Below are positions 1-9,173 of a DNA stretch of 32,000 bases, piece after piece (within the stretch, counting starts at the first letter, position 1; the number at the start of each line of letters is the position of its first letter). The DNA is taken from assembly GCF_049243625.1 (NCBI RefSeq), contig NZ_CP046975.1; one strand, written 5' to 3'. Both the position numbers and the translations under genes were made by a program. Origin of the DNA: Corynebacterium amycolatum. GTDB taxonomy: Bacteria > Actinomycetota > Actinomycetes > Mycobacteriales > Mycobacteriaceae. The notes under the pieces are model-generated. The model worked only from the letters and a program-made list of their open reading frames with translations. It ran no database searches and had not been told where the DNA came from.

Positions 1-330
1 CACTGCCTGCAGGTGGACGCTGATGGTACCGGTGAAACCCCAGCCGTTGTTACGGCAGTAGCGCGTCATGCGGTCAGCCAATTGATTCGGCAGGTTGGGC
101 TCTGATGCGGAGAGGTTTTTGTAATCGGCGGCGCTGATGCCAATGCGGAAATCATTGGGTGCCAAGTACTGACCGTTGGCGTCCTGCATCAGGAAATCTT
201 CAATTTCCTGCTTCAGGCATTCTTCTAACTCATTCGGGACAACCTTGCCGCCGAACACGCGCGCAAAGCTGTTGTCGAGCCCGCGCTGAAGCGAGCTATC
301 GAGCTTGCGGATGCGTCCTAGGAAATCCAT
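1..330 (-). CDS. fhaA: FHA-domain protein FhaA, N-terminal (DUF3662-type) part; gene runs off the left edge
   Basis: Minus-strand ATG at 330-328. Translation MDFLGRIRKLDSSLQRGLDNSFARVFGGKVVPNELEECLKQE...YLAPNDFRIGISAADY...NNGWGFTGTISV resembles the conserved FhaA N-terminus of mycobacteria and corynebacteria (FARxFGG..VP.E, LAPN). The fhaA/tRNA-Leu adjacency is the usual synteny. Absent from the ORF track because it is open at the window edge. Confidence 0.85.
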   Translation of the reverse strand, partial: MDFLGRIRKLDSSLQRGLDNSFARVFGGKVVPNELEECLKQEIEDFLMQDANGQYLAPNDFRIGISAADYKNLSASEPNLPNQLADRMTRYCRNNGWGFTGTISVHLQAV

Positions 331-591
331 CTGACTAAAGAAATTCGCCTTCTCCCGCCAAACCGCGGCGGGTTACGTGAAAAATGTGCATAAAAATTAT
401 CGATACTTTAGCAACAGTATAGAGCCCTACACCTTCAGTTAAGGGCTAGGAACTGCTGAGGTTTATCAAATAGTGACGACGCTTGTGAAATAAGTGGCTG
501 TTGCTAAGTGCGAAAAAGACGTTTTAAAAGTGGTGAAAAGTGGTGAAAAACGCGCGCTGGCCTGGGGATTTGGTGGTGTATTAGCGCGGGG

Positions 592-600
592 TGTTATAGT
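592..600 (+). promoter_or_regulatory. possible extended -10 element (TGTTATAGT) for the tRNA-Leu gene
   Basis: TGT-TATAGT at 592-600, 15 nt upstream of the mature tRNA 5' end. No convincing -35 at canonical spacing. Confidence 0.3.
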
Positions 601-615
601 TCTATTCGTTCCCAC

Positions 616-699
616 GGGCGAGTGGCGGAATGGCAGACGCGCTGGCTTCAGGTGCCAGTGTCCTTTACGGACGTGGGGGTTCAAGTCCCCCTTCGCCCA
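616..699 (+). tRNA. tRNA-Leu (anticodon CAG), 84 nt, long variable arm, CCA not encoded
   Basis: Acceptor stem GGGCGAG/TTCGCCC (one G-U pair). Anticodon stem-loop CTGGC-TTCAGGT-GCCAG. Variable arm GTCC-TTTAC-GGAC. T arm GGGGG-TTCAAGT-CCCCC. Discriminator A. Confidence 0.95.
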
Positions 700-707
700 C
701 AGCGAAG

Positions 708-742
708 ATCCTCGGAAGTGTAAAAGCTTCCGAGGATTTTTT
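708..742 (+). terminator. rho-independent terminator after tRNA-Leu
   Basis: Perfect 11-bp stem ATCCTCGGAAG (708-718) / CTTCCGAGGAT (727-737) with an 8-nt loop, followed by a T run (737-742). Confidence 0.7.
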
Positions 743-842
743 GTTTGCGGTGGCGGTTGGAGTGGGGCTTGGGTTGAAGCAGAGGCGGATGCTGAGCTGA
801 GGTTGTTGGCTTGTCCTTTAACCCTCCCTTAACCCTGTCCGG

Positions 843-986
843 CACTTATGGCCAGGTTTCGGGGACTTGTCGATGTATTTCTCTCACTTATCGATGGATT
901 CTCCTGACTTATCGATGGTTTTTCGGCACTTATGCGCACGCTGTGGGCCCGGCTCTCTCACTTGTCGATGCGCTATTCACTTGTGG
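843..986 (+). repeat. iteron-like cluster of seven [C/G]ACTT[A/G]T motifs; five are phased at exactly 21 bp and four extend to ACTT[A/G]TCGATG
   Basis: Motif starts at 843, 864, 885, 906 and 927 (period 21), then 959 and 978. An inverted copy (ACCTATCGATGCGC on the minus strand) lies at 997-1010. Confidence 0.6.
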
Positions 987-1021
987 ACACGCTACAGCGC
1001 ATCGATAGGTGAATAGCGTGG

Positions 1022-1211
1022 CCACAAGTCGTCGGATGCGTCGGCCGTTTCAATTGCCACGCTCGTACCGGCCGCACCCATTGCAATACCGGTATTGGCA
1101 GTCGCAAGTGCTGGGACGTTGGTCTCGCGAGTGATGAGTAAGCGGAAGTGCGAGGGCATCATCGAATCGGGCCGACGGTGGACGGCCATTGTTGATGAGG
1201 ATGCCCTGGCG
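1022..1211 (-). pseudogene. decayed fragment of a heavy-metal P-type ATPase
   Basis: One minus-strand frame gives NVPALATANTGIAMGAAGTSVAIETADASDDL (about 1120-1022), close to the P-type ATPase hinge motif GDGxNDAPALAxAxVGIAMGxxGTDVAIExAD. Another frame gives RQGILINNG (from about 1211), resembling GILIKGG. The DKTGT phosphorylation site and the transmembrane parts are absent. Confidence 0.45.
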
Positions 1212-1249
1212 GATTTAGCGATGTAGGTGGGTTTGGTTTGGAGTCTGGC

Positions 1250-1666
1250 CTACCGCCAAAACGTGGTCATGCCACGCTTGTCCTCCATGTTGAACTCGAT
1301 CATCTTGGCAAGCAGGTCCAGCGGCATGGACTCGGCCTTGCCGTCCTTTGGCCAGGGGAAGCGGACCATCATTTTGCCGTAGGAGAGGCCGCGGGCATCG
1401 AACTCGTCGGCGAACTTTTCAATACCTGCGCGCTCCGGGGCAATCGCCATGTGCTTCTTGGCGTAGGAGAAGCCGATAATGAACGTGCCATCAAGGGTGA
1501 ACATCGGCTGGCTCCAGGCGATTCGAACGCCCAGTTCAGGATACTTTTCGTGGACCCACTCGAGCACCTCGAGAGCCACCGCGCGCTGCATGTCATCATC
1601 TACGCGCGAGAGGTGGTCGGCGAAGAACTCGGCGATGGTTTCGTCGGTCATATGCTGAACAGCCAT
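1250..1666 (-). CDS. DUF1801 / YdhG-like (iron chaperone-like) domain protein
   Basis: 138-aa ORF. The pattern ...IAWSQPMFTLDGTFIIGFSYAKKHMAIAP... is typical of the DUF1801 family. Family assignment is by eye only. Confidence 0.65.
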   Translation of the reverse strand: MAVQHMTDETIAEFFADHLSRVDDDMQRAVALEVLEWVHEKYPELGVRIAWSQPMFTLDGTFIIGFSYAKKHMAIAPERAGIEKFADEFDARGLSYGKMMVRFPWPKDGKAESMPLDLLAKMIEFNMEDKRGMTTFWR

Positions 1667-1706
1667 GGTCTGGATTTTACTGTGCCATCAACTAACATGA
1701 CTTCGA

Positions 1707-3089
1707 GTGGCTACAGATTTGAATACTCAGTTTGATCCCAAAAAGGCGTGGCCAGCGCTGTGGACCGTATTGCTCGGCTTCTTCATGATTCTGGTCGACG
1801 CCACCATTGTCACCGTTGGTATTAACACCATCCAGCATGAACTGGGCGGTGAGCTCAACCAGGTCATGTGGGTGACCAGCGGTTATTTGCTGGCCTATGC
1901 GGTGCCGTTGCTTATTACCGGCAGGCTCGGTGACCTCTGGGGAGTCAAGCACACCTATGTAGCGGGCTTGGTTATCTTCGTGTTGGCGTCGCTGGCGTGT
2001 GGGTTGGCGCCGTCGTTAAGCATGCTGATCATTGCCCGCGTGGTGCAGGGACTGGGGGCCGCGCTGCTGACACCGCAGACGATGGCGCTGATTACGCAGA
2101 TGTTTCCACCGGTGCATCGCGGTGCGGCGATGGGGCTGTGGGGCGCGGCGGCCGGAATTGCCTCGCTGACGGGGCCGCTGGCTGGTGGCGTGTTGATTCA
2201 GCTGCTGAGTTGGCGCTGGATTTTCCTCATTAATGTGCCGATTGGCGTGGTCGGGCTCGTTTTTGCGTTCCGCTATCTGCCGACCTTCGAGACGCACCGC
2301 AACAAGATTGACTATCTGGGCGTTGTGCTCAGCGCGATTGGTATGTTCCTGCTGGTCTTCGGCATTCAGGAGGGGGAGAGTGCCGGCTGGTCCGGTTGGA
2401 TCTGGGCACTGATTGCCGCCGGTGTGGTGATTCTTGGCCTGTTTACGGTCTGGGAGGCCAAGACCACGGCCGAACCGCTGATGCCGCTGTCCCTTTTTAA
2501 GGATCGTAACTTCACCGTCTCCTCGTTGGCCATTGCCGTGATGGGAGCGCTGGTGGTCGCGGTTGGTTTCCCAATCATCCTCTTCGCCCAGAATGCTCGC
2601 GACCTATCGACCATCCAAGCCTCACTACTGCTCGTGCCGCAGGCGCTGATTTCCGGTGTCATGGCACCGTGGACTGGGCGAATGCTGGATCGGCTGAAGT
2701 TCCGCGAGTTCGCGCTGATCGGTTTTGGGTCCTCGCTGGTGGGCATGCTCGGGTTTCACTACCTCATCCACGAGGACCTCTCCGTGCTGTGGCTGCTACT
2801 GCCGGGCGCCGCATTCGGTGTGGCCAACGCATTTATTTGGGGCACGCTGTCGACGGCCGCGACCCGCAACATTGACCCGATCCTCGCCGGTGCTGCCTCC
2901 GGTGTGTACAACACCATCCGCCAGATCGGCAGTGTGCTGGGTAGTGCGCTGATTGCCACCGTCATGGCGGCGGCGCTCAGCAGCAACCGTGGCGACTTCA
3001 CCACCGCCATGAGTGATGCCATGTGGCTGCCGGTGGCGCTGTCGGCCGTGGGCGTCGTGGCATCGCTGGGGCTTAAGAATCCGAAGTAA
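1707..3089 (+). CDS. MFS transporter, DHA2 (EmrB/QacA-like, about 14 TMS) drug:proton antiporter family
   Basis: 460 aa, GTG start. N-terminus WPALWTVLLGFFMILVDATIVTVGINTIQHELGG and motif GRLGDLWG are typical of DHA2 MFS. Hydrophobic throughout. Confidence 0.85.
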   Translation: MATDLNTQFDPKKAWPALWTVLLGFFMILVDATIVTVGINTIQHELGGELNQVMWVTSGYLLAYAVPLLITGRLGDLWGVKHTYVAGLVIFVLASLACGLAPSLSMLIIARVVQGLGAALLTPQTMALITQMFPPVHRGAAMGLWGAAAGIASLTGPLAGGVLIQLLSWRWIFLINVPIGVVGLVFAFRYLPTFETHRNKIDYLGVVLSAIGMFLLVFGIQEGESAGWSGWIWALIAAGVVILGLFTVWEAKTTAEPLMPLSLFKDRNFTVSSLAIAVMGALVVAVGFPIILFAQNARDLSTIQASLLLVPQALISGVMAPWTGRMLDRLKFREFALIGFGSSLVGMLGFHYLIHEDLSVLWLLLPGAAFGVANAFIWGTLSTAATRNIDPILAGAASGVYNTIRQIGSVLGSALIATVMAAALSSNRGDFTTAMSDAMWLPVALSAVGVVASLGLKNPK

Positions 3090-3765
3090 AACGCTCCACC
3101 ATGTAGTCCGCGATGCCGACGGGATCGGCTAGGAAATCCCTGGTCGCCCGTACCGCGAGGGTGTCTTCGAAGTGGGTGGTGTCGGCGTCGTCAAGCGAAA
3201 TGATCGTTGCTTCCGGTGCGGCGAGCAGGATGGGGGAATGCGTCGCCATGATAATCTGTGCGCCGGCTTCTGCGAGCGCGCCGAGACGGCCGAGGAGTTC
3301 CAGCTGGCGCAGTACCGACAGTCCGGCCTCGGGTTCGTCGAGGAAGATTAGCGATTCGGCACCGAAGCGGCGTTTGGCCAGCGCCATGATGGATTGGCCG
3401 TGACTCATTTTCGTCAGATCCGCCATGCCGTCACCGCCGGGGAGGCTGCCGATCGATGCGTAGAAACGCGCGAGGTTTAAGTGCGCGTCGCCGCGAAAGA
3501 AGAACGTATCCGGGGGATTGCGCTTGGTCAGCGCGAGCGGAATCGGAGAGGTGCGCTCCTGCGTTTTAAACCGCGAGCCGCCGTCCGTGTCGACCCCCAT
3601 CGCCGACGCCAACGCCTCCAGCACCGTCGACTTTCCCTTGCCGTTTTCGCCGGTCAAGATGGTAATCGGCGTGGTGAAGGCCATGGGGAAGGGCAACGCG
3701 AGCTTTACGACGTAAGCCGGGAGCTCGGCATCATCGTGAATACGGGCCTGGCGGAGGTAGATCAT
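3073..3765 (-). CDS. stand-alone ABC/SMC-type AAA ATPase
   Basis: 230 aa with Walker A GENGKGKST, ABC signature-like SHGQS, Walker B LIFLDEPEAGLS and H-loop ATHSP. No transmembrane partner. Its start overlaps the upstream gene's stop (ATGA). Confidence 0.8.
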   Translation of the reverse strand: MIYLRQARIHDDAELPAYVVKLALPFPMAFTTPITILTGENGKGKSTVLEALASAMGVDTDGGSRFKTQERTSPIPLALTKRNPPDTFFFRGDAHLNLARFYASIGSLPGGDGMADLTKMSHGQSIMALAKRRFGAESLIFLDEPEAGLSVLRQLELLGRLGALAEAGAQIIMATHSPILLAAPEATIISLDDADTTHFEDTLAVRATRDFLADPVGIADYMVERFTSDS

Positions 3766-4775
3766 GGTTGCGGCAGTTGGTCGATCTGTTTGAGCAGCTT
3801 AAAGCCGTCGGCACCCTCGATGAATGGAACCTCCTTGTTCTCCAGTTTTTCAATTGGCACTGCGGTGCCGTGGGAGAGCACGTGCTCGCTGGGAGTGAGG
3901 TTGCGGATTGCGATTGCCGCGACCTTATCCGGATGCTCCGCCGCGGCTGTGCCGTAGATGAGCGGGTCGTATTGGCCGTCATCACCGACGAGAATCCAGT
4001 TGATTTCGGGGAAGTCAATAAACAGGTCCCGCAGTCGCACCTTCTTATGTTCCTTGCCCGAGCGGAACAGGCCAGTGGGCGTTGGCCCCCAATCGGTGAG
4101 CAGTAGCGGGCCCTTCGGCAGGTTGTTGCGGTGCAGGAACTTTTTTAGTGTGCCGAAGGTGTTCCATGCGCCGGTGGAAAGGTAGATGACGGGAACGTCC
4201 GTGTCCTCATCGGTTTTGCTCGCGTAACGACGGCGAAGTTGCGCATAGAACTCGCTGAAGCCAGCGACGGCTTTGCGCTCGTCTGTCTCTTTGACCCAGG
4301 AGTTGTAGGCGGCGATGAGGGTGCGCGGCAGCATGGTGACCAAAACAGTGTCATCAATATCGGAGACGATGCCGTATTTGGTTTCCGGGGAGAGGATGAG
4401 GGCCTCTGCGGGAGTGTCGTTGATGGTGATCTCGTGCCAGCCGGGTTCGAGGCCGTGATTCCGAATCAGCACCTCGATGTAGCCGTTGCTATCCGTGGTG
4501 GTTTCCACCGTGCGATTGCCGGCAGTGATGGTGACGGGAAAGTCCGCGAGTTCGACGGTAAAGAACTGCCAAAACCCGCGTTTTTTGTTTCGTTCTTCGT
4601 CTCGTTTTTTGGCCGGATCCTTCATAAGGACACGGCCGAGTACGCGAACGCGCTCTGCATTTCCGTACCCGGTGAATCCGATGATTTCCGGTTCCCAACC
4701 AGCGTTTTTGGAACGCTTGGCGGCCAGCGCGTTGATTCTTCTCTCGGTTTTGCGGACGACATCTGCCACGGACAT
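3762..4775 (-). CDS. App1-family (DUF2183) phosphatidate phosphatase-like protein
   Basis: 337 aa. HAD-like DxDxT motif in GIVSDIDDTVLVT, plus a C-terminal LVGDDGQYDP motif typical of App1/DUF2183. Confidence 0.7.
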   Translation of the reverse strand: MSVADVVRKTERRINALAAKRSKNAGWEPEIIGFTGYGNAERVRVLGRVLMKDPAKKRDEERNKKRGFWQFFTVELADFPVTITAGNRTVETTTDSNGYIEVLIRNHGLEPGWHEITINDTPAEALILSPETKYGIVSDIDDTVLVTMLPRTLIAAYNSWVKETDERKAVAGFSEFYAQLRRRYASKTDEDTDVPVIYLSTGAWNTFGTLKKFLHRNNLPKGPLLLTDWGPTPTGLFRSGKEHKKVRLRDLFIDFPEINWILVGDDGQYDPLIYGTAAAEHPDKVAAIAIRNLTPSEHVLSHGTAVPIEKLENKEVPFIEGADGFKLLKQIDQLPQP

Positions 4776-4853
4776 GCTTTCCAGGATACGGGTTGACAGG
4801 GTGGGGGAGGGTGCGCGTAGGTTGGTCGGCCAAGAGAAAAGTCAACCCTTTAG

Positions 4854-6442
<1,589 letters not shown>

Positions 6443-6702
6443 TGGTTGTCGGCCTTCTTTCGAACTTACTTGCTATCGTACAGGTGTCATTCTGGCTTGT
6501 AAAGAGAAATGATGAGAGATCTTGAATGGTTTTTGTAGATGTCGGCTGACCATAAAAGCGTTTGCTACCAGGTTGTTTGCGGGTGACGCATGGAGGGTTG
6601 CGGAAAAATATAAATAAAACACCCGTTCGAAACCGGAAGCTTGATAATCTCGCATCTATAAAGGCGGAGTGCAGAAACCAGCGCAGAAAACGGGGCAAAA
6701 CC

Positions 6703-7225
6703 ATGATTATTCGGCAAGCAACGCGGGAGGACGCCGAGGCAATCGCGGAGATTTACAACGAGGCCGTGATCAACACCGTCGCCATCTGGAACGATGGCAC
6801 GGTCAGTGCGGAGAATCGCATTGCATGGATGGAGGTGCACTGGGAGAAGGGTTACCCGGTTTTCGTCGCCACGCTTGACGACGAAGTCGCTGGATATGCC
6901 ACCTTTAGTGACTTTCGCGACTTCGACGGGTTTTCGGTACACAGTGGAAAACTCCATCTACGTACATCCGAGCTTTCAGGGCCGGGGCATTGGCGGGACG
7001 CTTCTACAGGTGACCATTGATGCTGCTCGTGAGGCGGGAAAGCACGTTTTGGTGGCAGCGATTGACGGCAGCAACGAGGGGTCGATTGCGCTGCACGAAA
7101 AGTATGGTTTCCAGCGTGTTGGGCTATTGCCTCAGGTAGGGACAAAGAACGGGCGTTGGTTGGACATGATGTTGATGCAGATCATGCTGACAGTCGAGCA
7201 GCCACCCGCTCAGCCGCGCGCTTAG
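6703..7225 (+). pseudogene. GNAT N-acetyltransferase (phosphinothricin/methionine-sulfoximine acetyltransferase-like), frameshifted
   Basis: The N-terminal half (MIIRQATREDAEAIAEIYNEAV...YATFSDFRDFDGF) is in the frame of ORF 6562-7020. The C-terminal half (RYTVENSIYVHPSFQGRGIGGTLL...HEKYGFQRVG) is in the frame of ORF 6794-7225. The two join if one base is removed from GGGTTTT at 6928-6934. Confidence 0.8.
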
Positions 7226-8135
7226 CGAAGGGGCCAACACCCATAATCGTGGCTGCACCGGGGCCAACCCAGTCGCCGTAGCCGACGAACTCGATGAGGT
7301 CGGAGTCGACGCTGCGGAAGGGGCTGAGCGCGGGGCGGAAACCGGTGCACCAAATGAGGTGGTCCGCGTGGACGTCGTCAAGCGAAGAGAACATGGGTGT
7401 CCAGGTGAGGGCACCGGAGTCGCGGGCTTTGCGGACGGACGGCAGGACAACGATGTCGCCGATACTGTCGGAGGGGCCGGGGTCGGGTTCGCCACGTGCG
7501 ATGGCGAGTGCTCGCTGACGGTTGCGTTCGAACAGGACGCGACCGTCGACGTCGTCGGGCATCCAGCGCGGTTCGTGGCGGGTGAACCAGGTGGTGTCGA
7601 TACCGGAAAGTATCAGTTCAGCGGCGATTTGGGCGCCGGAGTTCGCCGCGCCGACAACGGCAACGCGGGAGCCTTCGAATGGCTCGGGGCCTGGGTAATT
7701 GGCCGAATGCCACTGTTTTGCGGAGGTCGTGCCGGGGTAGTGGGGGACGAAGGGGCGGTTGCCGGTGGCGGCGATGAGTTGGTGGGACTCGAAGTCTCCG
7801 GCATCGCTGGTGAGGTGGAAGGTGCCGTCGTGGGTGACGTGGGTAACGTTAACCGGGCGCTGAACGCGCAGTTCGTAGCGCTTTTCGTAGGAGCTGAGGT
7901 AATCAATCACATGGGAAGTGGGCGGGAAGCCGTCATAATCGGGCATCTGGATGCCCGGAAGGTTGGAGAAACCCGGGGTGGAAAAGAGCGTCATTGAGGG
8001 CCAGACATTGCGCCAGGAGCCGCCGGGAGCCGGCTGATTGTCCAGAACGAGCGGATCAATGTCGTGTTTGTGCAGGTAGTAGGCGGTAGCGAGGGCAGCT
8101 TGGCCGCCTCCGACGATGATGGCATCCTCAAGCAT
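7182..8135 (-). CDS. FAD/NAD(P)-binding flavin-monooxygenase-like oxidoreductase (CzcO/ArsO-like)
   Basis: 317 aa. N-terminal dinucleotide fold IIVGGGQAALATAYYL, a second GxGxxG (VAVVGAANSGAQIA), and the motif PGGSWRNVWPSMTLFSTP. Confidence 0.75.
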   Translation of the reverse strand: MLEDAIIVGGGQAALATAYYLHKHDIDPLVLDNQPAPGGSWRNVWPSMTLFSTPGFSNLPGIQMPDYDGFPPTSHVIDYLSSYEKRYELRVQRPVNVTHVTHDGTFHLTSDAGDFESHQLIAATGNRPFVPHYPGTTSAKQWHSANYPGPEPFEGSRVAVVGAANSGAQIAAELILSGIDTTWFTRHEPRWMPDDVDGRVLFERNRQRALAIARGEPDPGPSDSIGDIVVLPSVRKARDSGALTWTPMFSSLDDVHADHLIWCTGFRPALSPFRSVDSDLIEFVGYGDWVGPGAATIMGVGPFAKRAAERVAARLSA

Positions 8136-8189
8136 GGTTCCAGCTTAACTGCGGGTGCCGTGGCTCAAGCTGTACTACCGTTAAACACC

Positions 8190-9173
8190 ATGAGCTCGCT
8201 GTTTGATCTTTCGGACAAGCCCATCGACGAACTACCCGGTTACCAGCGCACATTCGCGCCGGGCAGGCTAACTGTGGGGCTCAGTCTGCCCATCGAGCAG
8301 GACGCCGAAGCCGAACCCAAGGACGCGCTGAGCAATCAGATTCGGCTGATTCGGAAAGCCGAACGCGCAGGCATCGCGGCAGTGTGGGCGCGCGACATCC
8401 CGCTGCGTGTGGAAACATTCGGCGACGTCGGCCAGGTCTACGACCCCTGGATGTACCTCAGCTACATCGCCGCACACACCAGCGACATCGCACTCGGCAC
8501 GGGTGCAATCGTCGTGCCTTTTCAGCATCCGCTGGTGATGGCTAAGCGCGCGGCCACGCTGGACAGGCTTTCCGACGGCCGTTTCCTCTTCGGCGTTGCC
8601 ACCGGCGATCGACCCGAGGAGTTCCCCGCCTTTAACCAGGACAAAGGCAAGCGCGGTGAGCGTTTCCGCGAGCATATCGAGGTCTATGAAAAGGCCCTCA
8701 GCACCAGTGACCGGCCTATCCGGTGGTCCGAGGGGAAGATGGGCGGATCCGATGTGGTGCCCAAGCCGCTGGCACGCCGAGTTCCGCTGTTGGCCACCGG
8801 CTCATGCCAGCAGAGCCTGGAGTGGAAAGCCGCTCATACCGACGGGTGGTTCATGTATCACAAAGGCCTGGAGATGCAGAAGAAAAACATCGCCAACTGG
8901 CAGGAGGCGGTAGCCCAGGAGTGCGGTGAGGGTGTCTTCAAACCCTTCCTGGAATCATTGTGGATTGACCTGCATGAAGACCCCGACGCACCCGCGCAGG
9001 GCGGCCACTTCGGGTACCGCCTTGGCCGCAACAAGCTCATCGAACTGCTGCACTCCCAGCGACAGCTCGGCATCAATCACGTCAGCATCAACTTCCGCAC
9101 CTCTAAACGCGATGCGGAAGAGCAGATTGACGAGCTGATTGAGTATGTGCTGCCGGCTATACAGACTCCGTAG
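8190..9173 (+). CDS. LLM-class (luciferase-like) flavin-dependent oxidoreductase
   Basis: The ORF frame opens at 8064, but that stretch overlaps the divergent gene. The plausible start is ATG 8190 (MSSLFDLSDK...). Luciferase-like features are present (LGTGAIVVPFQHPLVMAKRAATLDRLSDGRFLFGVATGDRPEEF). Confidence 0.8.
   Translation: MSSLFDLSDKPIDELPGYQRTFAPGRLTVGLSLPIEQDAEAEPKDALSNQIRLIRKAERAGIAAVWARDIPLRVETFGDVGQVYDPWMYLSYIAAHTSDIALGTGAIVVPFQHPLVMAKRAATLDRLSDGRFLFGVATGDRPEEFPAFNQDKGKRGERFREHIEVYEKALSTSDRPIRWSEGKMGGSDVVPKPLARRVPLLATGSCQQSLEWKAAHTDGWFMYHKGLEMQKKNIANWQEAVAQECGEGVFKPFLESLWIDLHEDPDAPAQGGHFGYRLGRNKLIELLHSQRQLGINHVSINFRTSKRDAEEQIDELIEYVLPAIQTP

Noticed and set aside
530-549. Tandem 10-mer GTGGTGAAAA x2 upstream of the tRNA promoter region, considered as an UP element or small repeat feature
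   Set aside because: There are only two copies, and they lie further upstream than a canonical UP element relative to the putative -10. No supporting evidence.
811-1008. 65-aa + strand ORF (…SLTYRWILLTYRWFFGTY…) and the 72/112-aa ORFs overlapping the tRNA region (466-832)
   Set aside because: The first is a translation of the 21-bp repeat cluster. The others overlap the tRNA and its terminator. None has an RBS or a recognisable fold.
978-1030. DnaA-box-like words (GTGTCCACA on the minus strand at 981-989; TGGCCACAA at 1019-1027)
   Set aside because: Each has one or two mismatches to TTGTCCACA. The locus is not next to dnaA/dnaN, and the words are better explained as parts of the local inverted-repeat structure.
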